Assembly (NCBI GenBank): GCA_016929655.1
Contig: JAFGIJ010000125.1
Location: forward strand, 6,521-70,520
Direction: 5' to 3'
DNA from: Clostridia bacterium
GTDB taxonomy: Bacteria; Bacillota; Clostridia; DUPQ01
Length of the DNA stretch: 64,000 nt
Shown here: positions 28,653 through 39,374 of the stretch, one piece after another
Position numbering within the stretch: position 1 is the stretch's first letter
How the letters are laid out: each line of letters begins with the position of its first letter
Notes under the pieces: generated by a model
Database searches by the model: none
What the model was told of the DNA's origin: nothing
The model's input: the letters and a program-made list of their open reading frames with translations, nothing else
Program-made: the position numbers and the translations under genes

Positions 28653-29837
28653 TCAGCTGAAGATTTCAGCTGCAAGTCTTTCAAAAGCAGGCAATGACCT
28701 CTTTATTGTTTCCAGTGAAACGCAGAAAGCCATCCTGAAAAATCCCGCCCGTCCAAAACCTCTGCCAGGCACTACCAATATATTATATTTCTGTGCAATC
28801 TTCAAAAATTCCATTTCGTCATCCATAGGTGCTTTGACAAACAGATAGAATGCCCCGGCAGGTTTTTGGCATTCGAACCCAAGTTCAATGAGTTTATTGT
28901 AAAGCAATTCCATTCTTTCCCTGTAGATTTCAGGATCAACGGAAACATTGACTGCTTTTGCTACAAGCCTTTGGGATATAGCCGGTGCATTGACAAAGCC
29001 AAGGGTTCTGTTGTTGAAAATAATGGCTGCCATCAGAAGAGCACATTCGCTTATAGCCGGACTCACTGCAATATATCCGATTCTTTCCCCTGGAAGAGCC
29101 AGTGATTTACTGTAGGAGTTGACTACAACAGCCTTTTCAAAGATGTTGAAGACAACAGGCAGCTCCTCATCTACATAGATTATTTCATTGTATGGTTCAT
29201 CGCTTATCAGGAATATGTCAGACCTGAACTCCGTTTCCTTTTCCTTTATGACAGATGCAAGTTCCATGAGTTTTTCCCTGCTGTAGATGACACCTGTAGG
29301 ATTGTTAGGTGAATTTATCAACACCGCCTTTGTCAAGGGAGTCACTGCTTTCCTGAATTGTTCGATGTCTATGTCAAACTCCCCATCTGTCTCAACAACA
29401 ACAGGAACTCCTCCTCCATTGCCGATATAGAATTTGTATTCCGCAAAGTAGGGGGCAAAGATTATGACTTCTTCTCCCGGATTAAGAATTGATTTCAAAA
29501 CAACATTTAGACCGGCTGCTGCTCCGCATACCATGCATATGTTGTCTGCCGGGACTTTCATATCATAATCAATGGACAACTTGCCTGCGATGGCTTCCCT
29601 TACAAAGGAGTATCCTGCATTGGGCATGTATCTGTGGGTTCCCGGTGTTCTGTCATCGGCTATTTCATGAAGTGAATCATAGACCTCCCTGGGAGGTTCC
29701 ACCTCTGGGTTTCCAATGCTGAAATCAAAGACATTCTCTTCTCCATATGCAGCCCTTAGTCTGTTGCCTTCTTCAAACATAGCCCTTATAAATGAAGAAT
29801 TTCCTAGGTTTTCCACTATTTTCCTGGATATCATCAA
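28653..29837 (-). CDS. PLP-dependent aminotransferase class I/II (aspartate aminotransferase-like)
   Basis: NSYSKSLALPGERIGY (PLP lysine region), 394 aa. Confidence 0.85.
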   Translation of the reverse strand: MMISRKIVENLGNSSFIRAMFEEGNRLRAAYGEENVFDFSIGNPEVEPPREVYDSLHEIADDRTPGTHRYMPNAGYSFVREAIAGKLSIDYDMKVPADNICMVCGAAAGLNVVLKSILNPGEEVIIFAPYFAEYKFYIGNGGGVPVVVETDGEFDIDIEQFRKAVTPLTKAVLINSPNNPTGVIYSREKLMELASVIKEKETEFRSDIFLISDEPYNEIIYVDEELPVVFNIFEKAVVVNSYSKSLALPGERIGYIAVSPAISECALLMAAIIFNNRTLGFVNAPAISQRLVAKAVNVSVDPEIYRERMELLYNKLIELGFECQKPAGAFYLFVKAPMDDEMEFLKIAQKYNILVVPGRGFGRAGFFRMAFCVSLETIKRSLPAFERLAAEIFS

Positions 29838-29903
29838 TCATTCCCCCGGTTTTTTAGATGATTATAACACAACACAATATATTTATAAAAAACAGAAATG
29901 TTT

Positions 29904-30536
29904 TCAGTTGTCTTCCACTTCAATTACCAGCAGACACCCCGATTCAATGGTCAATGCGGCCGTATCGGATATAATTACATTGCTTATTCCGCTAACCCAG
30001 TCGAGACCAGCCTCAAAGTCTTTCAATGGGTATTTGAAACCTTCAAGGGTTATTCCACGGGTCACGCAGTCCATCGAAACCAATGATACAGTCCTACCAT
30101 TCTTGCCATTGAACTCAATTCTGTCACGGCACAGATACATAGTATTCATGTCATCGATAATCCTTCCCTTTGACCCGCTGTTTTCTATATGGATAAGAAG
30201 TCTGATATTTGCCAGGGCATGATCGCTCCTAAGTCCTGTTGCACACAGAATATCTATTTTGTCACAGCCTGATTCGAGGGCTTTTTGAACTGCCAGGTGT
30301 GTATCTGTATAATCTTTTTCAGGTGACGAAAACACTAGTCTTGAGGATTTGATTTTATCAAAGGTCTTTGGGTCAATCGAATCCATGTCGCCTATGACAT
30401 AATCAGGTATAAGGTTGTACGACAACGCATGGTCTGTACCCCGGTCAGCACACAGGAGCAGGTCACAATCCTTCATAACTGACATGACTTTTTCCTTTTT
30501 TACCCTGTTGCCTCCGGATATTATTACAGCCTTCAT
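29904..30536 (-). CDS. thiN: thiamine pyrophosphokinase
   Basis: MKAVIISGG...LLCADRG..IGDMDS motifs. Conserved position after rpe. Confidence 0.8.
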   Translation of the reverse strand: MKAVIISGGNRVKKEKVMSVMKDCDLLLCADRGTDHALSYNLIPDYVIGDMDSIDPKTFDKIKSSRLVFSSPEKDYTDTHLAVQKALESGCDKIDILCATGLRSDHALANIRLLIHIENSGSKGRIIDDMNTMYLCRDRIEFNGKNGRTVSLVSMDCVTRGITLEGFKYPLKDFEAGLDWVSGISNVIISDTAALTIESGCLLVIEVEDN

Positions 30537-31189
30537 TTTTCGGCCAGCTCCCTCATCCGGCTGATGACATATGCCGGGTCCTGCGCTTTATATATGCTTG
30601 ATCCGGCTACAATTACATTGGCTCCGGCTTTTATGATTCTTTCCACGTTTTCAAGGGTAATCCCTCCGTCAACTTCAATGTCCAGGCCGGGATTCAACTC
30701 ATCTGCCATTTTACGAAGCTCTGTGATTTTCCCTGTGCTGGATTCAATGAATTCCTGTCCTCCGAATCCCGGATTTACACTCATAAGAAGAACCATGTCA
30801 AGTTTATCCAGAACATATTTCAAGGTATTGATGTTGGTTGCAGGATTCAGTGATACGGCTGCTTTTTTGCCAAGTGCTTTTATTTGACCGATGCTTCTGT
30901 CAAGGTGCAGGCATGCTTCCTGATGAATGCATATGATATCCGCACCTGCTTCAGCGAATTCTTCTATATACCTGTCCGGGTCATTTATCATCAGATGAAC
31001 ATCCAGCGGAAGGTGAGTTATCTTCCTGACTGCACTTACAACAGGTTGACCTATTGAAATATTCGGCACGAAATTACCATCCATTACATCAACATGGATA
31101 TAATCAGCCCCGGCTTTTTCCACCATTCCAATTTCTTCTCCAAGCCTGCTGAAATCAGCTGCAAGTATTGAAGGTGCTATCTTGATCAT
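30533..31189 (-). CDS. rpe: ribulose-phosphate 3-epimerase
   Basis: IAPSILAADF...HVDVMDG.FVPN signature. Confidence 0.95.
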   Translation of the reverse strand: MIKIAPSILAADFSRLGEEIGMVEKAGADYIHVDVMDGNFVPNISIGQPVVSAVRKITHLPLDVHLMINDPDRYIEEFAEAGADIICIHQEACLHLDRSIGQIKALGKKAAVSLNPATNINTLKYVLDKLDMVLLMSVNPGFGGQEFIESSTGKITELRKMADELNPGLDIEVDGGITLENVERIIKAGANVIVAGSSIYKAQDPAYVISRMRELAEK

Positions 31190-32077
31190 TCAGTATCCCC
31201 TTCTCTTTATCTCGGCTTCCTTTGCCTGCATATATATTTTAACATATCTTGAATGCCTGTCCCTTGAAACAAGATTTTTCTCAACTGCTTCCTTGACTGC
31301 ACAATCAGGCTCATTTATATGAAGACAACCGGAAAACCGGCATTTACCCTCATATTCCCTGAATTCTCTGAACAAAAATGCCAATTCCTTATGATTCAGT
31401 AAGCCAGGATCAAGACTTGAAAAGCCTGGAGTATCCACGATATATCCATCTCCGGCTTCTATGAACTCAGCATGGCGGGTAGTGTGCTTTCCCCTGCCGA
31501 TTTTTTCACTCAAACCACCGGTCTTCATTCTATAGTCACCCATTATTTTATTTAGTATGGTTGATTTGCCTACACCTGACTGTCCGGAAAATACTACTAT
31601 TCTGTCATGAAGCATTTTTTCCATTTCCAAAATGCCACTCCCTGTTCTGGCGTCGGTAACTATGGTATCATAACCAGCGTTTTTATATAGTTCAGATATA
31701 GATTGTATATCATTCTTTTCAGCAAGATCAGCTTTATTGATACAAATAACCGGTTCAATGTCTTTGCTTTCATATATGCAGAGAAGCTTGTCAACCAGTA
31801 AAAAATCAGGTTCAGGGTCCACCGGTGATACCACAATAAAAGCCAGATCCACATTTGCTACTGCAGGCCTGACCAGACTGTTTTTTCTTTTACATATCTC
31901 AGACAGATAACCTTCCGAGTCATTTTCATCAGTGACATCAAATATAACTCTGTCCCCGGGCAAAGGTGTTATTCCTTCTTTTCTGAACAATCCCCTGGCA
32001 CGGCAACCATAAATCCCCTGAGGGCTTTTTACGGAATATAATCCTCCGACGCCTTTTAGTATCATACCTTCAGGCAA
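31190..32077 (-). CDS. rsgA: ribosome small-subunit-dependent GTPase A
   Basis: Circularly permuted GTPase (NKADL then GQSGVGKST) with a C-terminal zinc finger. Confidence 0.9.
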   Translation of the reverse strand: MPEGMILKGVGGLYSVKSPQGIYGCRARGLFRKEGITPLPGDRVIFDVTDENDSEGYLSEICKRKNSLVRPAVANVDLAFIVVSPVDPEPDFLLVDKLLCIYESKDIEPVICINKADLAEKNDIQSISELYKNAGYDTIVTDARTGSGILEMEKMLHDRIVVFSGQSGVGKSTILNKIMGDYRMKTGGLSEKIGRGKHTTRHAEFIEAGDGYIVDTPGFSSLDPGLLNHKELAFLFREFREYEGKCRFSGCLHINEPDCAVKEAVEKNLVSRDRHSRYVKIYMQAKEAEIKRRGY

Positions 32078-32103
32078 ACAATCACCTCATGAATATTCTC
32101 AAT

Positions 32104-34140
32104 CTACTCTCCCGGAACTGCAGGTGTCTCCGGATTTGCGCTTTCTTCGGGCACAACCGGATTGACAGTTATAATCTGTACTCCGGGCATGTCCTTGTAA
32201 TCTTCATAATAAAGTGTTACTTCATATTTCAATGTGTTATTCAGGAGCACCCTCACTGCTGTGGATCCATTTTCCGGAATCTTTACTGATATCATAACAG
32301 GGAAATCTCCTTTATTATGTGTCTGCGTGTAAGCAATTTCGGATATCCCCGTATCATCAGGCTCGGCTTCCACAAGAAGCTTTATGGGTTCTATCTGATC
32401 ATCAAGACCAGTGGGGGTAACATAATATGGTACCAGCAGTTTGTTTGCTGGAACGCTGAATCTGAATTCAAGTTTGGTTCCTTCATATACCGACTCTCCA
32501 ACGGCCGGAATATGTTCAACTACAACAGAATTTGTCTGTAGTTCATTGGGAACATAACCTCCCATCTGAAGGTTTGAACTATCAAGAAGAACAGCAACTT
32601 CTTCAAGTGTCAGTCCCCTGAAATCAGGAACCTGGACTTCCTCCAGTTCCGGTCCCAGGCTCACATAAACGGTGACTGTATCTCCGGGATTTGCAGTTCC
32701 GCCTTCAGCAGGATCGGTTCTAATAACCTGTCCTTTGGTAACTGTATCACTGAATATTTCATCTTTAACCGGCTTCAGCCCGGCATCTATCAGATTCAAT
32801 TCGGCAATCCTGTACTCAAGGCCATCGAATTTTTCAATGATGATGGCTTCCGCCCCAAGACTTACGGTAAGTCTTATTTTATTGACCGCAAGTTCTTTTA
32901 AAATAATGCCCTGTTCCTTGTCCTGGGCTATTATTATCCCTGCAGGCACTTCTTCACTGTAAACTCCGTGTTTTTCAACAATAATATTGAATTCTTCCTC
33001 CAGCTTATCCTTTGTATCATCGTAATCAAGTCCCCTGTAATCACCAAGTATGTATTCAGCCGGTTCCGGTAGAATTGTTGTCATCAACTCAGTTATGCCA
33101 AAGTAAGCAAGAAGAACCACAAGAATCAGTGCCGACATTACTCCGATAGCTGTTGAAAATCCATGTCTTTTTCTATATTTTGTCAAGGGTACATCATACT
33201 CCTCTCTTTTTTCTTTTGTAATTTTTATGGCAGCAAAGTCCTTGGTTGCATCCATTTCATCCATTGCATTTGGTGTTCCCAGTATGAAATCAAGATTCAG
33301 GTTGAATTCAGACGGCAGGTCCTTTCCCGACCTGAATGCTTCCAGTTCACCAAGCATGGAGGATGCAGTCTGATATCTGTCATCCGGACTCTTGGACATT
33401 GCCTTTGTTATTATGGTATTAAGACCCTCGGGTATATCAGGATTCAGCAATATGGGATCAATCAATTTTTCCTGCAGGTGCTTAACTGCCACAACAACGG
33501 GTGTCTCTCCATCAAATGGGGGGCGTCCGACAAGCATCTCATACATTACAACTCCGAGCGAATAAATGTCAGCCCTTGCATCAACATAGCCTCCCCTGGC
33601 CTGTTCGGGTGAAAAATAGTGAACTGAACCGACTGTCTTGCCGGAAAGTGTAAATGTTCTGGTTGTTGCAGCCTTTGCAATCCCAAAATCTGCAACTTTT
33701 GCTATACCTTCAGCCGACAGCAATATGTTGTGGGGCTTGATATCCCTGTGTACTATGCCGCTTTTGTGTGCTGCTACAAGGGCAGATGCAACCTGAATGG
33801 CAATTGACACTGTCTCCTGTACATTTAGATGCTCCTGTCTTCTGACATAATCATTAAGTATTACACCATCAATAAGTTCCATGACAATGAAGTGATACTC
33901 TCCGTCAACTCCAACATCATGCACAGCTACGATATTGGCATGTGACAATTTTGCAGCAGCCTGTGCCTCTGCATGGAAGCGCTCTACAAAATCACTGTCT
34001 TCAAGGTATTCTTCCTTAAGGATCTTGACTGCAACAATTCTGTCAAGCTTGTTGTCCTTGGCTTTATATACATGACCCATCCCGCCTGTTCCAATCAGGC
34101 TGATCAGTTCATATCTTCCATTCAAAATGGTTTTTTCCAT
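32104..34140 (-). CDS. prkC: Ser/Thr protein kinase with PASTA repeats
   Basis: Hanks kinase motifs (VAVKIL, HRDIKPHN, DFGIA), a TM segment, and C-terminal PASTA-like repeats. Confidence 0.9.
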   Translation of the reverse strand: MEKTILNGRYELISLIGTGGMGHVYKAKDNKLDRIVAVKILKEEYLEDSDFVERFHAEAQAAAKLSHANIVAVHDVGVDGEYHFIVMELIDGVILNDYVRRQEHLNVQETVSIAIQVASALVAAHKSGIVHRDIKPHNILLSAEGIAKVADFGIAKAATTRTFTLSGKTVGSVHYFSPEQARGGYVDARADIYSLGVVMYEMLVGRPPFDGETPVVVAVKHLQEKLIDPILLNPDIPEGLNTIITKAMSKSPDDRYQTASSMLGELEAFRSGKDLPSEFNLNLDFILGTPNAMDEMDATKDFAAIKITKEKREEYDVPLTKYRKRHGFSTAIGVMSALILVVLLAYFGITELMTTILPEPAEYILGDYRGLDYDDTKDKLEEEFNIIVEKHGVYSEEVPAGIIIAQDKEQGIILKELAVNKIRLTVSLGAEAIIIEKFDGLEYRIAELNLIDAGLKPVKDEIFSDTVTKGQVIRTDPAEGGTANPGDTVTVYVSLGPELEEVQVPDFRGLTLEEVAVLLDSSNLQMGGYVPNELQTNSVVVEHIPAVGESVYEGTKLEFRFSVPANKLLVPYYVTPTGLDDQIEPIKLLVEAEPDDTGISEIAYTQTHNKGDFPVMISVKIPENGSTAVRVLLNNTLKYEVTLYYEDYKDMPGVQIITVNPVVPEESANPETPAVPGE

Positions 34141-34155
34141 CAGTTCCTCCGGCAG

Positions 34156-34899
34156 TTAATCTATAAAAACAAGCAAAGCAGTCACATTATCCCTGCCGCC
34201 TGATTCGTTGGCTTTTGCAAGAAGACTTTCCACGGCTTCCCCTGGTTCCTTTTCGTCTTCAATTATTTTCAAAATTTCACTATCATCCAATTCATTGGTC
34301 AGACCATCAGAGCACAAAAGGATTCTGTCACCTGATTCAAGTTTTTCACGGCAGTAATCCGAATCAACTTCCATATCAAGGCCCAGGGCCTTTGTTATTA
34401 TGTTTTTATCCGGATGTGTCTTGGCCTGTTCCCTGGTGATTCTACCTGTGTCAACCAGATTTTCAACATAGGAGTGATCTTTTGTCAGCTGCTTGATCTG
34501 ACCTTCACGCATAATGTATATCCTGGAGTCTCCTATATGACCAATGTTAATCCAGTTTCCATCTACGCAGCACAATGACATGGTTGTTCCCATGCCTGCG
34601 ACAGATTCTCTGTCATTGCTTTTATTTATTATTTCAATGTTGATTTTCGAAAAAAGAAGTCTGAAAGATTCCCGGACTTCATTGATTGTTTTACCAAAGC
34701 CGTCACATCCCCTGCCCATGTCTTCCAATATCTTTATTGCAGTTGCACTTGCAAGATCCCCATAATCCATTCCACCCATGCCATCAGCAACAGCAAAAAC
34801 AATGAAGTCCTTTTCCCGGCAATCAATTACCGTGAAGCTGTCTTCATTTTGTTCCCTGACCCTTCCCGTGCTGGTTCCGGTTCCGTACCTTATCTGCAT
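34156..34899 (-). CDS. stp: PP2C-family Ser/Thr phosphatase
   Basis: FAVADGMGG and DGLTNELDD metal-binding motifs. Start taken at MQIRYGTGT (34899). Confidence 0.85.
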   Translation of the reverse strand: MQIRYGTGTSTGRVREQNEDSFTVIDCREKDFIVFAVADGMGGMDYGDLASATAIKILEDMGRGCDGFGKTINEVRESFRLLFSKINIEIINKSNDRESVAGMGTTMSLCCVDGNWINIGHIGDSRIYIMREGQIKQLTKDHSYVENLVDTGRITREQAKTHPDKNIITKALGLDMEVDSDYCREKLESGDRILLCSDGLTNELDDSEILKIIEDEKEPGEAVESLLAKANESGGRDNVTALLVFID

Positions 34900-35911
34900 G
34901 GCTCCTCCTGAGCTGTCCGCAAGCTGCATCTATGTCATTTCCAAGTTCCCTGCGAACTGTAACATGAATGTCATGATTTCCAAGTATATCATAAAACATC
35001 CTGGTATTTTCCGTAGGATTCCCCCTGTAGTCAAATCCATCTATTCTGTTGACCGGTATAATATTAACATAGCAAAGCATGCCTTTCAATAATTGTGCAA
35101 GCCTCAGTGCATCTTCCCTTGAATCATTTTTACCTGGTATCAGGGCATACTCAAAGGATATTCGTCTGTTGGTTTTTTTAATGTAATATCTGCAGGCCTT
35201 CATCAGTTCGGATATGGGGTACTTTCTGTTGACCGGCATTATGCTGCTTCTTTCTTCATCGAGTGTCTCATGAAGTGAGATTGAAAGGTTTACCTGACTG
35301 TCATAATCTGCAAATTCATAAATTGCCGGAACAATTCCACAGGTTGAAACAGTTATCCTTCGCTGGCCTATTCCAAGGCCTTCAGGTGATGTTGCAAGTT
35401 CAAGGAAATTTATAAAATTGCTATAGTTATCAAATGGTTCTCCTGTACCCATCACAACAACCCTGGCAATTTTTCGTCCTGAATACCGTCCGGCAGAAAT
35501 AATCTGACCTGTCATCTCACCGGGAGTTAGATTCCTTTCAAGACCGTCTTTTCCAGAAGCACAGAAACTGCAGTTCATCCTGCAACCCGCCTGGCTCGAA
35601 ATACAGATTGAAGTTCCATAGCTGTAATCCATCAGAACACACTCGACCATATTTCCATCAGCCAGTTCCATAAGGTATTTGGTTGTACCGTCCTTTGATT
35701 TTTGTTCAAGGGCAACCTTTGGCAGCCTTATTGAAAACAAATCCACAAGTATTTGTGCATCCTTTTTCGATATGTTTGTCATATCCTCAAATTGATAAAC
35801 TTCCTTTTTATAAACCCAGTCAAGAATCTGATTTGCCTTGTATCTTGGAAAACCGGCATCATTCAGAGCTTCTTTTGCCTGTTCGATTGTCAAATCCAGA
35901 AATTCAATCAT
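34844..35911 (-). CDS. rlmN: 23S rRNA/tRNA A2503 methyltransferase, radical SAM
   Basis: CRMNCSFCASG radical-SAM cysteine motif. Confidence 0.9.
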   Translation of the reverse strand: MIEFLDLTIEQAKEALNDAGFPRYKANQILDWVYKKEVYQFEDMTNISKKDAQILVDLFSIRLPKVALEQKSKDGTTKYLMELADGNMVECVLMDYSYGTSICISSQAGCRMNCSFCASGKDGLERNLTPGEMTGQIISAGRYSGRKIARVVVMGTGEPFDNYSNFINFLELATSPEGLGIGQRRITVSTCGIVPAIYEFADYDSQVNLSISLHETLDEERSSIMPVNRKYPISELMKACRYYIKKTNRRISFEYALIPGKNDSREDALRLAQLLKGMLCYVNIIPVNRIDGFDYRGNPTENTRMFYDILGNHDIHVTVRRELGNDIDAACGQLRRSHADKVRNRNQHGKGQGTK

Positions 35912-37175
35912 TTTGATTCCTCAGCTCTGCCATATAGAAGCCGCCTCGTTTTCCATCGGGCAGTATAGTTTTTTCCTTTATGAGTTTGAATCCGGGGTTA
36001 TCTTCAATAAACCTGTCAACCTGAGCCCTGTTTTCACTGCAGGTCAGTGTACATGTTCCATAAACAAGTCTTCCACCGGGTCCAAGGCTTTGAACAGTTG
36101 CATCCAGTATTGCAGCCTGAAGTACCAAAAGGCTGTCACTGTTTTTATACTTCAATTTTATTTCGGGTCTTCTCTGAGATGTCCCCAGTCCACTGCAGGG
36201 AACATCAAGCAGTATTGCATCATATAAAACCCCGTTGTTGAGGGCAGAGGACATGTCTCCTATCATTGCCCTTACCCGGTTTGCTCCCAGCCGATCCAGG
36301 CTTTCTTTCATTCTGGTAATTCTATCATGGTCAATGTCATATGCATCAATATCAGGCCCACCTTGTGTCAGAAAGTCAATATAGGCCGTCTTTCCACCCG
36401 GGGCAGCACAGGCGTCCAATATTCTTTCACCTTTTATAGGATTCATGAATTCCACCATTTCCTGTGCCCCTTCATCCTGAATTGCAATCATACCTTTGGT
36501 ATATAAATCAGTATCACTGATATCCCTTCCCGGGTCAACGTAATATGCATTTTGGCCAAATGATCCCTTTTCAAATTCAATTCCTTCTGCTGTCATGAGT
36601 GCCTCAATGTTTTCATGTGTATTGTTTCTTATACACATGGCGGGTGAGGCATTCAACCCTTCCAAAACGGCTTCTGTCTTTTCATTTCCTGCAAATCTTC
36701 TGATCTCCCTCACCGCTTCCGGAGAAAATGAATACTTTGCTGAAAGAAGGCTGTCACCCGTAAGTCCTTCGAGGACTCTGCCAATATCATTCTTGTTCCT
36801 TGAAATATTCCTTAAGATACCATTTACAAACCCCCTTGAACCCGAGCCCCCGAATCTGCCTGCAAGCTTGACGGTTTCATTGCAGGCTGCACTGTCCGGA
36901 ACCCGGTCCATAAAAAGTATCTGATAAGTTCCAATTTTGATTGCAGTGAGCACCGAGGGTGAAATTTTCTTTAACTTGATATTTGAAAAAGAGGAAATAA
37001 CAGTGTCAAGATAGAGGCTATTCCTCAAAGTACCCATTGCTATGTTAGTTATGAATGATGAGTCCAGGCTGTCAAAACCATGGTTATTCCTTATATTCTC
37101 CAGAGCAATGGTGGAATAACCGTCATTGTACAGGACTTCATATACAATCCGAAAGGCCGCTTCCCTTGGTTTCAT
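35904..37175 (-). CDS. rsmB: 16S rRNA (cytosine-C5) methyltransferase RsmB
   Basis: NusB-like N-terminus plus a SAM-MTase with DACAAPGGKT and the PCSG catalytic region. Confidence 0.9.
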   Translation of the reverse strand: MKPREAAFRIVYEVLYNDGYSTIALENIRNNHGFDSLDSSFITNIAMGTLRNSLYLDTVISSFSNIKLKKISPSVLTAIKIGTYQILFMDRVPDSAACNETVKLAGRFGGSGSRGFVNGILRNISRNKNDIGRVLEGLTGDSLLSAKYSFSPEAVREIRRFAGNEKTEAVLEGLNASPAMCIRNNTHENIEALMTAEGIEFEKGSFGQNAYYVDPGRDISDTDLYTKGMIAIQDEGAQEMVEFMNPIKGERILDACAAPGGKTAYIDFLTQGGPDIDAYDIDHDRITRMKESLDRLGANRVRAMIGDMSSALNNGVLYDAILLDVPCSGLGTSQRRPEIKLKYKNSDSLLVLQAAILDATVQSLGPGGRLVYGTCTLTCSENRAQVDRFIEDNPGFKLIKEKTILPDGKRGGFYMAELRNQND

Positions 37176-37843
37176 CGGCGGTTCCTTGAAAGAAGTACAA
37201 GCCTGAGCAATGTAAGTATCGCGGACAATGCTGCAGCCATATAAGTCAGAGCTGCTGCATTTAGCACTTTTTTTGCAGGTATAAGTTCATCCCTGGTCAG
37301 TATTTCCTCTCTTTCTAGAACTTCAAGTGCCCTTTTGCTTGCATTCAATTCAACCGGAAGTGTCACCAAATAGAAAAGTACTGCTGCTGAAAAAAGCACA
37401 ATGCCGATCTGCAGGAAAATCTCAAGGCTGAAGATAAGTCCAAAGATTACAATATAGGGTCCTGCCATTGAACCGATGTTTGCAACAGGAACCAAAAATG
37501 ATCTTATCTTTAGCGGCATATACTCATCTCTATGCTGAAGGGCATGTCCTGTTTCATGGGCTGCAACACCTACCGCTGAAATGGATGATGATGCAAATAC
37601 TCCCTTTGAAAGGTTTACTGTTCCCTTTGAAGGATTATAGTTATCCGTGAGGTTCCCGGCAGTTTCCAGTACATCAATATCAGACATACCGTTGTCGTCA
37701 AGTATTTTCCTTGCAGTATCCCTGCCGGTCCAGCCGCTTTGGGGCCTTATCTTGGAATACTTGCCAAAAGCCGATGTGACCCTTGACTGTGCATATAATG
37801 ACAGCAGCAGTGCTGGTATCATTATCCAATAATAGTAGAACAT
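37172..37843 (-). CDS. membrane zinc metallopeptidase (YugP-like, HExxH)
   Basis: HETGHALQH motif and 3 TM segments. Start at MFYYYW (37843) abuts the fmt stop. Confidence 0.65.
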   Translation of the reverse strand: MFYYYWIMIPALLLSLYAQSRVTSAFGKYSKIRPQSGWTGRDTARKILDDNGMSDIDVLETAGNLTDNYNPSKGTVNLSKGVFASSSISAVGVAAHETGHALQHRDEYMPLKIRSFLVPVANIGSMAGPYIVIFGLIFSLEIFLQIGIVLFSAAVLFYLVTLPVELNASKRALEVLEREEILTRDELIPAKKVLNAAALTYMAAALSAILTLLRLVLLSRNRR

Positions 37844-37844
37844 A

Positions 37845-38789
37845 TCATTTTCCTTTCCCGAACGCTTCGCCGGCTGTGAAGTTGTGCCAGCAGTCTGATA
37901 TATCCATTCTTCTGCCGTTTTCGAACTGAACACCCAAAATTGTCAGAATTCCGGATCCACAGGCCACCAAAAGACCATTCCTTCCGGTATATATCAATGT
38001 ACCCGGAGCTTCACTGCTTATGTCCCGGCTGAAGGTGCTCTTTGTAATTCTCATTCTCTTTTCATTGTATTTCGTAAAACATCCCGGCCATGGGTCAAAT
38101 GCCCTGACTTTGTTATGTATTGAAAAACTGTCGTCTAGCCAGTTAATTATACTTTCTTCTTTTTTCAACATAGGTGCATGGCTGGCATCAGCGTCATTCT
38201 GCGGAGTTCCTTTCAGTTTGCCTTCGGCAAGCATATCAAGGGTTTCTGACAAAACATCCGCTCCCAGCATCTTAAGCCTGTCGTGGAGTTCACCGGCAGT
38301 CATCTCATAAGGAATTGCGATTTCACTTTTCAGCAATATATCCCCTGTATCCATTCCCGCATCAGTCATCATCGTAGTGATTCCTGTTTTTTCATCACCA
38401 TTCAATATACATCTTTGTATCGGAGCTGCTCCTCTGTATTTGGGAAGAAGGGATGCATGGACATTTATACAGCCTTTTCCAGGTATTTCAAGAAGATTTT
38501 CCGGAAGTATCTGTCCATATGCACAGGTAACCAGCAAATCCGGGTTCAGAGACCTGATAAATTCGATGGCTTCCTTTCTTTTAATCCTTTCAGGCTGATA
38601 AACTTCCAGTCCCAGCTCAATGGATTTCTCCTTTATGGGAGAATAGGTAACCATTTTACCCCTTCCCCTTTCTTTGTCGGGTTGGGTGATTGAACATACA
38701 ACCTGATGACCGTCAGAACAAAGCCTTTCAAGGATTGGAACTGCAAATTCCGGCGTGCCCATGAAGATTATTCTAAAGGATTTCTTCAT
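37845..38789 (-). CDS. fmt: methionyl-tRNA formyltransferase
   Basis: IIFMGTPEFAV N-terminus and the HASLLPKYRG motif. Confidence 0.9.
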   Translation of the reverse strand: MKKSFRIIFMGTPEFAVPILERLCSDGHQVVCSITQPDKERGRGKMVTYSPIKEKSIELGLEVYQPERIKRKEAIEFIRSLNPDLLVTCAYGQILPENLLEIPGKGCINVHASLLPKYRGAAPIQRCILNGDEKTGITTMMTDAGMDTGDILLKSEIAIPYEMTAGELHDRLKMLGADVLSETLDMLAEGKLKGTPQNDADASHAPMLKKEESIINWLDDSFSIHNKVRAFDPWPGCFTKYNEKRMRITKSTFSRDISSEAPGTLIYTGRNGLLVACGSGILTILGVQFENGRRMDISDCWHNFTAGEAFGKGK

Positions 38790-39276
38790 CAGATTCCCCC
38801 GATGAATGCATTTCTTCAATTTCCACATCAGTCAGGTATTCTTCCACTTTGTCTGTAAAAAGGATACCATCCAGATGGTCGGTCTCATGGCAGATGACAA
38901 CTGCTTCAAGCTCCCTGGCTGTCTTTGTCAGCTCGTTCCCATTCCTGTCCTGATAAACAACGGTAATCAAGGCAGGTCTTCTTACCCGTCCATATTTACC
39001 CGGCACACTGAGACAACCCTCTACTTCCACCTGTTCATCTTCACTGTCAGTTATAACCGGATTTATCATTTCAACGATTCCGTCACCGGCGTCATATACA
39101 ATCACCCTTTTTAGGATTCCAACCTGTGGTGCTGCAAGACCCAGGCCTGGTGCTGCATACATTGTTTCAGCCATATCCTCAAGAAGAATTTCTATTCGCT
39201 GGTTTATTTTTGCCACTGTCCTGGCCCGTTTTCTCAAAACCGGATCTTCATCAGTCCTTATGTTTCTAAGTGCCAT
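38773..39276 (-). CDS. def: peptide deformylase
   Basis: GLAAPQVG, EGCLSVPG and HETDHLDG motifs. Confidence 0.95.
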   Translation of the reverse strand: MALRNIRTDEDPVLRKRARTVAKINQRIEILLEDMAETMYAAPGLGLAAPQVGILKRVIVYDAGDGIVEMINPVITDSEDEQVEVEGCLSVPGKYGRVRRPALITVVYQDRNGNELTKTARELEAVVICHETDHLDGILFTDKVEEYLTDVEIEEMHSSGESDEEIL

Positions 39277-39374
39277 AGTCCACCTCTTATATCATCGGCA
39301 GGCTTTTCAAGCACTGCCCATTCATTTCTTTACAATTATACAATACCCGATGTGCCATATTCAAACAGAGCTTG

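Noticed and set aside
34844-34929. Overlap between the stp 5' end and the rlmN 3' end as a sign of gene fusion or pseudogenisation
   Set aside because: Both proteins are full length with intact motifs. Overlap likely reflects an internal start for stp (MQIRYG at 34899) and a tolerated short overlap.
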